Shown here: positions 56,309-64,000 of the stretch, in pieces | How positions within the stretch are numbered: position 1 is the stretch's first letter | Layout: every line of letters starts with the position of its first letter | Made by a program: the position numbers and the translations under genes | IMG/VR virus record: IMGVR_UViG_3300006092_000199 | Direction: 5' to 3' (one strand) | Origin: an uncultured virus (IMG/VR IMGVR_UViG_3300006092_000199) | Taxonomy: Duplodnaviria; Heunggongvirae; Uroviricota; Caudoviricetes | Length of the DNA: 64,000 nucleotides | The notes under the pieces: model-generated | Databases searched by the model: none | Told to the model about the DNA's origin: nothing | The model's input: only the letters and a program-made list of their open reading frames with translations

Positions 56309-56700
56309 CTGACGTGAATGAAAAGCAGGTTGGCGGACGGCACTACAAGTCCGGCTATCAGCACTGGGACTTCGTGATCACCCACGAGCTCCACTATCTC
56401 CTGGCCTGCGCCACCAAGTATGTGACCCGGCGCAAGGGTGATCGCTTTGAAGATCTCCAGAAGGCGATCCACTACATCGAGAAGATGATCGACGCCTCCA
56501 AGTCCGGCTCCGTCGAGATCGGCTGCAAGTTCTTCGCCGAGCGGCAGGAGGACATCGAGCTGTTCTGTCGCGAGAACGAGCTGACATTCCGCGAGTACGA
56601 GGTCATCCGCGAGATCGTGGTGGCCACCGACGCCGAGGGTCTCGAGACTGCCATCGAGATCATCCGCGAGATCATGAAGAAACTGCCGGGAGGCTTCTGA
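56305..56700 (+). CDS. DUF3310-like protein
   Basis: QVGGRHYK...KYVTR..KG...DLQKAIHY. Confidence 0.8.
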   Translation: MTDVNEKQVGGRHYKSGYQHWDFVITHELHYLLACATKYVTRRKGDRFEDLQKAIHYIEKMIDASKSGSVEIGCKFFAERQEDIELFCRENELTFREYEVIREIVVATDAEGLETAIEIIREIMKKLPGGF

Positions 56701-58764
56701 TTGGCCAAGAAGAGCATGAGTCGCGGCGGGGGCCTCCAGCTCCCGCTGCTGCCGCCAGAGACGACCTTCGTCGTGCCGCGCCTGGCCGATCTCCCTCAGG
56801 ACTGGAATGCCTGCAGGCGGATCGGCTTTGACGTTGAGACACGCGACGAGGAGCTCAAGACCCTGGGCATCGGGGTCCGCCGTCCTGGCTGCTACATGGT
56901 CGGCTTCTCCTTCGCCTTCGAGGACGGGGCCTCCTACTACGTGCCCCTGAGGCACTTCGGGGGCGACAACGTCGAGGACCCTGAGCAGGCGCTGCGCTAT
57001 CTCAGGCATCAGGTCAAGAACTACCGTGGCACGGTGGTGGGTGCGAACATCCAATACGACCTGGACTACACTGCCCAGGAGGGGGCCTGGTTCGAGAACG
57101 CGGAGTACATCCGCGATGTCCAGATCGCCGACCCTCTCATCTATGAGCTGCACCAGAGCTACAGCCTGAAGAACATCGCCGAGCGTCACGGCATGCCCGG
57201 CAAGGACGAGGAGGAGCTCCGCCGCGCCGCCTCTGCCTATGGCGTGGACCCCAAGACGGGCCTCTGGAAGCTGCCGGGAAAGTACGTGGGCCGCTATGCC
57301 GCCCAGGACGCCGCCGCTCTGCTGCCCCTCCTGCGCAAGCAGGAGCGTGCCATTGACGAGCTGGACCTGTGGGACCTCTACAACCTCGAGTCACAGGTGA
57401 CGCCCGTGCTCGTGAAGATGCGTCGCCGGGGCATCCTGGTCGACTTCGATCATCTCCAGCGCCAGGAGGACTGGTCGCTCGCCGAGGAGGCCAAGGCCCT
57501 GGGCGAGGTCAAGCGCCTGACAGGCTACGATGTCGGCGTCGGCAACGTGTGGAAGAGCGACGCCATGGCCGAGCCGCTGCGTCGGATCGGGATCGACGTC
57601 CCGGTGACCAGCAAGGGCGATGACAGCATCGACAAGGACTTCCTCTCCAGCATCGACCATCCGGTGGCGAAGCACCTGGCCTGGGCACGGAAGACCAACA
57701 AGCTGAGGACGACCTTCGCCGCGTCTCTCCGGCGCTACATGGTGAACGGGCGGATCCACTGCACCTTCAACCAGATCGCCGTGGACGACGGAGACGGGCA
57801 TGGTCTCAAGGGTGCCCGCTATGGACGCCTCTCCTGCTCCGACCCCAATCTCCAGCAGCAGCCGTCCCGGGACGAGTTCGCCCAGGACTGGCGGCGGTGC
57901 TACCTCCCTGAGCACGGGAAGCTCTGGTGCTCGAACGACTACAGCCAGCAGGAGCCGCGCTGGACCACTCACTTCGCCGAGGTCTATCCGTTCGAGGACC
58001 CGATCGTCCGGGCCTCTGCCCACAGGGCAGCGCAGACCTACCGGGACGACCCGAACGCCGATAACCACGACATGATGACCCGCCTCGTCTACGGCGAGGA
58101 CGAGGTCCGGAAGCTGCTCGAGCGCGAGGACAAGAAGACCTACAAGACCTGGCGCACCCGCTGCAAGATCATCTACCTTGGCCTCGTCTACGGCGAGGGA
58201 GGGGCGAAGCTGTGCGACGATCTGAAGCTGCCGACGCGGTGGGCCGTGTCCTACTACGTCGGACGGGAGCGCCGCCTGGAGTTCTTCCAGGAGGAGGCCG
58301 ATGCCCGCGCCCACGCCCGCGAGGTCGAGCGGGCATACACCTGGAGGGCGGCGGGCGAGGAGGGCCAGGGCATCCTGGACCAGTTCAACGGGAACGCCCC
58401 TCATCTCTCGAAGCTCGCCAAGGCAGCCACCGAGATAGCCAAGACCCGAGGCTCGGTGAAGACGATCCTGGGGCGGATCCTCCACTTCCCTGAGCAGGTG
58501 GGTGGGGGCTTCGAGTGGACCCACAAGGCCCTCAATCGGGTCATCCAGGGCAGCTCCGCCGACCAGACCAAGAAGGCCCTCGTCGAGATTGACCGGGCCG
58601 GGCACTTCCTCCAGCTCCAGGTGCATGACGAGATCGCATGCTCTGTGGAAGATGAGAGCGAGGGGGTGGCCATCGCAGACATCATGCGGGAGTGCGTCCC
58701 CGCGAACGTCCCCTTCAAGGTCGACACCGAGTGTGGTCGGTCTTGGGGCGACAGCATGGGTTGA
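56701..58764 (+). CDS. polA: DNA polymerase family A with 3'-5' exonuclease
   Basis: FDVET exo I, GRLSCSDPNLQQ, DYSQQEPR (motif A), KIIYLGLVYG (motif B) and VHDE (motif C). Confidence 0.95.
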   Translation: MAKKSMSRGGGLQLPLLPPETTFVVPRLADLPQDWNACRRIGFDVETRDEELKTLGIGVRRPGCYMVGFSFAFEDGASYYVPLRHFGGDNVEDPEQALRYLRHQVKNYRGTVVGANIQYDLDYTAQEGAWFENAEYIRDVQIADPLIYELHQSYSLKNIAERHGMPGKDEEELRRAASAYGVDPKTGLWKLPGKYVGRYAAQDAAALLPLLRKQERAIDELDLWDLYNLESQVTPVLVKMRRRGILVDFDHLQRQEDWSLAEEAKALGEVKRLTGYDVGVGNVWKSDAMAEPLRRIGIDVPVTSKGDDSIDKDFLSSIDHPVAKHLAWARKTNKLRTTFAASLRRYMVNGRIHCTFNQIAVDDGDGHGLKGARYGRLSCSDPNLQQQPSRDEFAQDWRRCYLPEHGKLWCSNDYSQQEPRWTTHFAEVYPFEDPIVRASAHRAAQTYRDDPNADNHDMMTRLVYGEDEVRKLLEREDKKTYKTWRTRCKIIYLGLVYGEGGAKLCDDLKLPTRWAVSYYVGRERRLEFFQEEADARAHAREVERAYTWRAAGEEGQGILDQFNGNAPHLSKLAKAATEIAKTRGSVKTILGRILHFPEQVGGGFEWTHKALNRVIQGSSADQTKKALVEIDRAGHFLQLQVHDEIACSVEDESEGVAIADIMRECVPANVPFKVDTECGRSWGDSMG

Positions 58765-58775
58765 GGAGTATATTC

Positions 58776-59033
58776 ATGATAGACGAGGAAGTGTTCGAAG
58801 AGTGGCTTCGGGGTGCCCGGCCTGGGCAGTGGCTAACCTACCACATCGGGCAGCACTTGTTTGGTCTCAATGGCCAGAAGAAGCGGACAGCCAGCATGGC
58901 CTTCAAGGCTGCCGAGGCTGGCGAGGTCTTCATCTGTCAGGCACGGGTCGAGGGCGGCGAGTTCGCCTACAAGGCCCTTCGATTGGACGACAAGCTGAGG
59001 AAGAGGATGCAGTCATGGACCTTGAAGCAGTAG
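58776..59033 (+). CDS. hypothetical protein
   Basis: GAGGAG RBS; W...A.PG..LTYH.G motif. Confidence 0.6.
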   Translation: MIDEEVFEEWLRGARPGQWLTYHIGQHLFGLNGQKKRTASMAFKAAEAGEVFICQARVEGGEFAYKALRLDDKLRKRMQSWTLKQ

Positions 59034-59494
59034 GGCTGAGCAAGTGGGATCTCCGCTTTCTCAAGTTGGCGGACCACGTGGCCCAGTGGAGCAAGGACCC
59101 GTCCACCAAGGTGGGCGCGGTCATCGTCGACAGCGAGCGCCGCGTCGTCGGGATGGGCTACAACGGATTTCCCAGGGGCGTGGCCGATCTCCCTGGGCGA
59201 CTGACCGACCGGACTGAGAAGCTCCGCTTCGTCGTCCACGCCGAGGTCAATGCGATCCTCAACGCGGTGCGCACCGTCGAGGGCTGCTGCCTCTACACAA
59301 CCCCGATGTTCACCTGCGGCGACTGTGCCAAGGTGGTGGCCCAGGCAGGGATCCTGAGGGTGGTGTCAATCCAGAAGCCACTGGCCAACATCACGGACTG
59401 GGCGCTGCTGATGGACACGGCGCAGACCATCTATGACGAGGCGGGCATCAAGTATGTCCGCGTCACACCGGAGGTTCTGGAGCATGTCGAATGA
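59015..59494 (+). CDS. dCMP deaminase
   Basis: WSKDPSTKVGAV, GYNGFPRG, HAEVNA and CGDC zinc motifs. Confidence 0.92.
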   Translation: MDLEAVGLSKWDLRFLKLADHVAQWSKDPSTKVGAVIVDSERRVVGMGYNGFPRGVADLPGRLTDRTEKLRFVVHAEVNAILNAVRTVEGCCLYTTPMFTCGDCAKVVAQAGILRVVSIQKPLANITDWALLMDTAQTIYDEAGIKYVRVTPEVLEHVE

Positions 59495-59889
59495 GCGAGG
59501 CACACATGCGCCGTCGCGTCATCCAGTGGCTGAAGCCATTGAACGCGATACCAGTGGAGAACCCTGCGCAGCCTGGGACGCCAGACGTCAACTACGCCGA
59601 GGGCTGGGTGGAGCTGAAGAAACTGGCCGCGTGGCCCAGGGATGGCGAGGCTGTGGTCCGGGTCGAGCACTTCACGCCCCAGCAGCGCAACTGGCTGAGG
59701 CTGCGAAGGATGCGGGGCGGGCGGGCCTTCCTGCTGCTCCAGGTGAAGGACGAGTGGCTGCTGTTCCACGGTGAGATCGCCGCCGAGCATCTCGGCAGGG
59801 TCGACCGACAGATGCTGGAGCGGCTTGCCGCGAGGCACTGGCGTAATGGATTGCGGGCCGACGAGCTGCGGGGCATGCTTACACAATGA
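59491..59889 (+). CDS. PD-(D/E)XK nuclease, putative Holliday-junction resolvase/VRR-NUC
   Basis: GTPDV...WVELK...Q..W. Confidence 0.75.
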   Translation: MSEAHMRRRVIQWLKPLNAIPVENPAQPGTPDVNYAEGWVELKKLAAWPRDGEAVVRVEHFTPQQRNWLRLRRMRGGRAFLLLQVKDEWLLFHGEIAAEHLGRVDRQMLERLAARHWRNGLRADELRGMLTQ

Positions 59890-62264
59890 TTGAAGTGACG
59901 CAGGCACAGAACCAGGAGGTCGCCGACTTCCTGGAGTGGTTCTATCCGGGCGGGCCGTGGGGCCTCTCGGCAAAGATCGACAACAAGCAGTTCATCACCC
60001 GTGTCTTCTCGGACAAGGTCGATGCTCTCAAGTTCATCACCGAGCACAACGGTGTGAACAACATGTATCTGGCCATCAACCCCTCCATTGGCGGCGGTGA
60101 CGACAAGAAGTCCAAGAAAGAGAACATCAAGGAGATGCGCTGGGTCCATGTCGACATCGACACCCGGCGCGGCGAGGACATCCCCACAGATCTCATCCGC
60201 ATTCGTGGTCTGCTGACCGAGCGGTGGCCGGACCTGCCAGAGCCGAGCCTGATCGTCTTCTCAGGTGGCGGCTACTGGGTCCTGTGGCGACTTGACGCCC
60301 CTGTCCCGGTGAATGGCGATGAGAAGCTCGCCGAGGAGCTCGAGCTCTACAACGTCCGGATCGCGCAGATCCTCGAGGGCGACGCCTGCCACAACCTGGA
60401 CCGCGTCATGCGTCTGCCAGGGACCTGGAATTTCCCCGACGAGCGCAAGCTCAGGAAGGGGCGCAAGCCCGAGCTCAGCACCATCTTCAAGCAGAACGAT
60501 GGGGTGCACAGTCTCTCCAAGTTCGCCAAGGCCGCGCCTGTCCAGTCGGGCGGCACCCTGGGCTTCAAGGCCACCGAGCAGGACAAGGTCGTGCTCAGCG
60601 GCAACGTGGCACGGGTGCAGGACCTGGAGGAGCTCAGGCAGTACAACCTGAACGATCGCACCCTGGTGATCATCCAGGGCGGTCAGGCCGGGGCCGTCGA
60701 GATCCTGGGGCCGAAGCTCGAGGGCAAGGACAACAGCCGCTCCGGCTGGCTGTTCGAGGGCGTGTGCTCCATGGTCCGGGCCAAGGTGCCAGATGAGACC
60801 ATCTACGCCATCCTGATGGACCCCGCGTGGGGGATCAGTGAGTCGATCATCGACAAGGAGAACCCACACAAGCACGCCGTCCACACGATTGAGCGTGCCA
60901 AGGCTGTGGCCCGCGATCCCATCCTCGCTGAGATGAATGCACAGTTCGCTGTCATCGGCTCGATAGGCGGCAAGTGCCGGATCATCGAGGAGGTCGAGGA
61001 CCACGCCCTGGGCCGGACCCGTCTCGTCAAGCAGACCTTCGAGGACTTTGCCAACAGGTGGAAGCACAAGAAGGTCGAGATGATGGGGAAGGACGGACCC
61101 ATCTATGTGCCCATGGGCAAGTGGTGGACCGAGCACGCCGAGCGTCGCCAGTACGACAGCATCGTGTTCCTGCCGAAGCGCGACCCGCCGAACGTCTACA
61201 ACCTGTGGCGCGGCTTCGCTGTGGAGCCTCGCCCAGGGAGCTGCGACCTGTACCTGGCGCACCTTCGGGACGTCGTCTGCGGCGGGAACCTGGAGCACTA
61301 TGAGTACCTGCTCGACTGGATGGCCTGGGCCGTCCAGGAGCCTGGCAAGGCGGGCGAGGTCGCGGTGGTGCTCAGGGGCGACCAGGGAACGGGCAAGGGC
61401 CTGACCATCAAGGTCTTCGGCCACCTGTTCGGTCGACACTTCCTCCAGATCTCCGACAGCAAGCACCTGACGGGCAACTTCAACGTCCACCTGCGAGACG
61501 CGGTGGTGGTCTTCGCCGACGAGGCATTCTACGCTGGCGACAAGAAGCATGAGAGCATTCTCAAGACCCTGGTCACGGAGCCCACCCTGATGATTGAAGG
61601 AAAGGGTGTCGATGCCGAGGTCGCACCCAACTGCATCCACCTGATGATGGCGTCCAACTCAAACTGGGTTGTCCCGGCTGGCAAGTTCGAGCGCCGCTAC
61701 TTCGTGCTCGATGTCCAGTCCACTCATCGCCAGGACACGCTCTACTTTGGCGCCATGATGAAGCAGCTCGAGGAGGGTGGCTACAACGCTCTGCTCCTGA
61801 TGCTCCAGGGCCGGAGCGTCGACGTCCACCGCGTCCGGCAGGTGCCCAAGACCGAGGCCCTCAGTCGTCAGCAGGACTTCACCCTCTCGTACGAGGAGAG
61901 CTGGTGGTTCGAGAAGCTGCAGCTCGGCGAGCTCTTCCCTGGGCAGGGCTGGCCGAAGGAGATCGTGAAGGACGACCTGTACCGGGACTGGCTCAACCAC
62001 GCCAAGAACCTGAACGTCTACCGCCGCCTCACTGAGACTGCCTGGAACCTGTTCATCAACGAGGTCCTGGCCGAGCCGCGCAAGATCCAGAAGCTGGTCC
62101 GTCTCAAGGAATACGACGCCGATGGTGTGGCAACTGTCCGCACCGCGCGCAAGTATGTGATCCAGCTGCCGGATGTCCACACGGCCAGGAACCTCTGGAC
62201 CCAGGCGCACGGACCCAGGAGCTGGGAGGCGCTGGAGGCCACGCCGGAGCTCGAGCTCGAGTAG
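59886..62264 (+). CDS. primase-helicase (RepB-like primase + DUF5906-type P-loop)
   Basis: HVDID, SGGGY and DRVMRLPGT; GDQGTGKG Walker A, FADE and ERRY. Confidence 0.85.
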   Translation: MIEVTQAQNQEVADFLEWFYPGGPWGLSAKIDNKQFITRVFSDKVDALKFITEHNGVNNMYLAINPSIGGGDDKKSKKENIKEMRWVHVDIDTRRGEDIPTDLIRIRGLLTERWPDLPEPSLIVFSGGGYWVLWRLDAPVPVNGDEKLAEELELYNVRIAQILEGDACHNLDRVMRLPGTWNFPDERKLRKGRKPELSTIFKQNDGVHSLSKFAKAAPVQSGGTLGFKATEQDKVVLSGNVARVQDLEELRQYNLNDRTLVIIQGGQAGAVEILGPKLEGKDNSRSGWLFEGVCSMVRAKVPDETIYAILMDPAWGISESIIDKENPHKHAVHTIERAKAVARDPILAEMNAQFAVIGSIGGKCRIIEEVEDHALGRTRLVKQTFEDFANRWKHKKVEMMGKDGPIYVPMGKWWTEHAERRQYDSIVFLPKRDPPNVYNLWRGFAVEPRPGSCDLYLAHLRDVVCGGNLEHYEYLLDWMAWAVQEPGKAGEVAVVLRGDQGTGKGLTIKVFGHLFGRHFLQISDSKHLTGNFNVHLRDAVVVFADEAFYAGDKKHESILKTLVTEPTLMIEGKGVDAEVAPNCIHLMMASNSNWVVPAGKFERRYFVLDVQSTHRQDTLYFGAMMKQLEEGGYNALLLMLQGRSVDVHRVRQVPKTEALSRQQDFTLSYEESWWFEKLQLGELFPGQGWPKEIVKDDLYRDWLNHAKNLNVYRRLTETAWNLFINEVLAEPRKIQKLVRLKEYDADGVATVRTARKYVIQLPDVHTARNLWTQAHGPRSWEALEATPELELE

Positions 62265-62363
62265 AGGCCGTCTGCTGGACCGCCTGAGGTGCCGTTCTAA
62301 GGCACCTGGTTGCCCACCGACATCCGCCGTGCCACGCTGCCCCTGTAGCAAAGGAGTGCGACG

Positions 62364-62978
62364 ATGAAGACGAACGCGATAAAATTTCGAGAGGAATGGC
62401 TGCACGAGGGGGTGCGGCGCTTCCGTCCGTGGTTCAAGGACCTCAAGGCCCCGATCCCGGACAAGGTCTATGTGAGCTGCGGCTTCCCGAAGGGTCGCCA
62501 CGGCGCGGGCCAGGCGATTGGCCAGTGCTGGCCCCCGAAGTCGACGGTCGATGGCACGACGCAGATGTTCATCTGCCCGACGCAGGACGAGCCTGTGCGT
62601 GTCCTTGACATCCTCCTCCACGAGTGCGTCCACGCGGGCTGCGGAAATGAGTGCGGACACAAGGGCGAGTTCAAGCGGGTCGCCCGCGAGCTGGGCCTCG
62701 AGGGCAAGCTGACCGCGACCTTCGCCTCGCCTGGCAGCGTCCTGCACTCCAACCTGACTCAGGTGGCCAATGATCTCGGCCCCTATCCTCACTCGGGCAT
62801 GATGCTCGTGAAGAAAATCAAGAAGGAGAGCAACTGGATCCGGCTGAAGTCTCCCAACGACGACGAGTACACGCTCGTCATCTCCAAGACCTCCATCGAG
62901 GAGAAGGGATGGCCGCTGGATCCCCAGGGCGAGCAGATGATCCCGAAGAAGGGCGACTGGGAGCCTGGCGACGAATAG
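62364..62978 (+). CDS. SprT-like zinc metalloprotease
   Basis: LLHECVHA...GHKGEFKR. Confidence 0.75.
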   Translation: MKTNAIKFREEWLHEGVRRFRPWFKDLKAPIPDKVYVSCGFPKGRHGAGQAIGQCWPPKSTVDGTTQMFICPTQDEPVRVLDILLHECVHAGCGNECGHKGEFKRVARELGLEGKLTATFASPGSVLHSNLTQVANDLGPYPHSGMMLVKKIKKESNWIRLKSPNDDEYTLVISKTSIEEKGWPLDPQGEQMIPKKGDWEPGDE

Positions 62979-63041
62979 CCTATAACCCACAGCCTGCGAC
63001 GTGCCCCTGGCCTATACTAGGGGGCAACTAAGGAGAGACGA

Positions 63042-63224
63042 ATGGAATTTCTGTGGAAGGCGCTGGCCGTGTACCTGCTTGTCGGTGTGCTGATCAGCAT
63101 TGTTGGCAAGCAGTGGGGGCCGCTGCGTCCTGGACAGACACCCACCATGCGGTGCATCCAGCTCTTCTTCGTCATCGTGCTGTGGCTGCCGTCAATCATC
63201 CTGCTGAGCATGAAGAAGGAGTAG
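63042..63224 (+). CDS. small membrane protein (2 TM)
   Basis: AAGGAG RBS; TATACT upstream. Confidence 0.6.
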   Translation: MEFLWKALAVYLLVGVLISIVGKQWGPLRPGQTPTMRCIQLFFVIVLWLPSIILLSMKKE

Positions 63225-63227
63225 AGC

Positions 63228-63644
63228 ATGCCCGTCTTGAACGACCCCTTTGCCCAGGTGGCAGAGTTCCACCGGACCTTTGGGCGAGAGCCTGACCCGG
63301 TGTCCATGGTGAATGGACTGCTGGACGCGAAGATCGACCTTCGCGAGGACCTGATCACCGAGGAGCTGGCCGAGCTGCGCGAGGCCATCCAGTCCGGCGA
63401 CCGGGCCAAGATCCTGCAGGAGATCAGCGATCTCCACTATGTCCTGATCGGCTACTACCTCACCCTTGGCATCAGTCCCGAGCTCGCCCGCGTCGCCTTC
63501 AACGAGGTCCACTCGGCGAACATGAGCAAGCTCATGCCCGATGGCACGGTGAAGCGCCGCGAGGACGGCAAGGTGCTGAAGGGACCGAACTACCGCCTGC
63601 CGGACCTGCACGGAGTGCTGGCCCGCTTCTATGGAGAGAGCTGA
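63228..63644 (+). CDS. MazG/PRA-PH-like nucleoside triphosphate pyrophosphohydrolase
   Basis: VAEFH, LITEELAEL, EISDLHYV, EVHSANMSK and REDGKVLKGPNY. Confidence 0.88.
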   Translation: MPVLNDPFAQVAEFHRTFGREPDPVSMVNGLLDAKIDLREDLITEELAELREAIQSGDRAKILQEISDLHYVLIGYYLTLGISPELARVAFNEVHSANMSKLMPDGTVKRREDGKVLKGPNYRLPDLHGVLARFYGES

Positions 63645-63994
63645 TGCAGTCGAAGGATGACGTGATGCCGAACGGAATGAGGATCCCGGACATGGCCAAG
63701 GAGCCGTCCGCCCAGGCCAGGGGCGAGGAGCGGCGAGCCAGCGCCCGCCGTGCCATGCGCGCCCGCAAGAAGAGGCTCGACCCCCAGGCCTCCTGGGACA
63801 TGGAGCGTGCCTTCTTCAATCACCCGGACACCAAGTTCCGGACGAACGGCACGATGGCGCGGGCCATGCACTACAACACCCTGGCAGACGCGCAGCGAGC
63901 TGCTCGGAGAGCCGCCAGGGCCACGCGCAACAGCAAGCGCCCGCCGTGCGGTCACGTGCGTGAGAAGCTGGCTCTGCTGGAGCTGGTGCGGTGA
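63644..63994 (+). CDS. basic hypothetical protein
   Basis: TGATG overlap; Arg-rich. Confidence 0.55.
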   Translation: MQSKDDVMPNGMRIPDMAKEPSAQARGEERRASARRAMRARKKRLDPQASWDMERAFFNHPDTKFRTNGTMARAMHYNTLADAQRAARRAARATRNSKRPPCGHVREKLALLELVR

Positions 63995-64000
63995 AGGCCG

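Noticed and set aside
59886..62264. Integrase (a label sometimes given to this gene in YuA-like phages)
   Set aside because: Motifs are primase plus P-loop helicase; no tyrosine or serine recombinase catalytic pattern anywhere in the window.
12900..62990. Long minus-strand ORFs (e.g. 12900-14681, 16532-17884, 30538-32046, 57391-58626, 60261-61640)
   Set aside because: They are antisense shadows of well-supported + strand genes, as expected from high-GC codon bias; no RBS or recognisable motifs.
1..64000. tRNA genes, introns or inteins
   Set aside because: No cloverleaf or T-loop signature seen in the intergenic gaps; TerL, PolA, RNR and helicases are of normal length and uninterrupted. A tRNAscan/Infernal run would be decisive.

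Overview
This window looks like a near-complete, GC-rich, long-tailed (siphovirus-type) phage genome, transcribed almost entirely on the + strand. Gene order: small early ORFs (0.2-6.6 kb); terminase small subunit; an unusual non-coding control region (7.9-8.5 kb); a divergent minus-strand block (9.6-11.3 kb); TerL, portal, scaffold and capsid; tail genes with a GTA-type tip (DUF2460, DUF2163, NlpC/P60, large tail protein); a 5x130-aa repeat fibre; lysis genes; a T5 A1-like phosphoesterase; and a replication/nucleotide module (SNF2 and RecD-like helicases, class II RNR, PolA, primase-helicase). The replication module resembles YuA/M6/PaMx11-type phages. It contains an apparently complete thymidine-hypermodification cassette: dCMP deaminase, dUMP hydroxymethylase, 5-hmU DNA kinase, amino acid:DNA transferase, FAD enzyme and GNAT. 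The GTA-type tail and CtrA-like boxes point to an alphaproteobacterial host (inference). Highlights are a dense array of CtrA-consensus boxes (TTAA-N7-TTAAC) with a GATC cluster upstream of a small HTH-like gene, a ~98-bp non-coding element duplicated 34 kb apart, three or four FlbD/SwrD-like paralogues, an unannotated 12-Cys metallothionein-like peptide, a recurring late-promoter motif, and a -1 frameshift in the tail chaperone. I recognised no integrase, tRNA or CRISPR array. All family assignments come from motif recognition by eye, not database searches.
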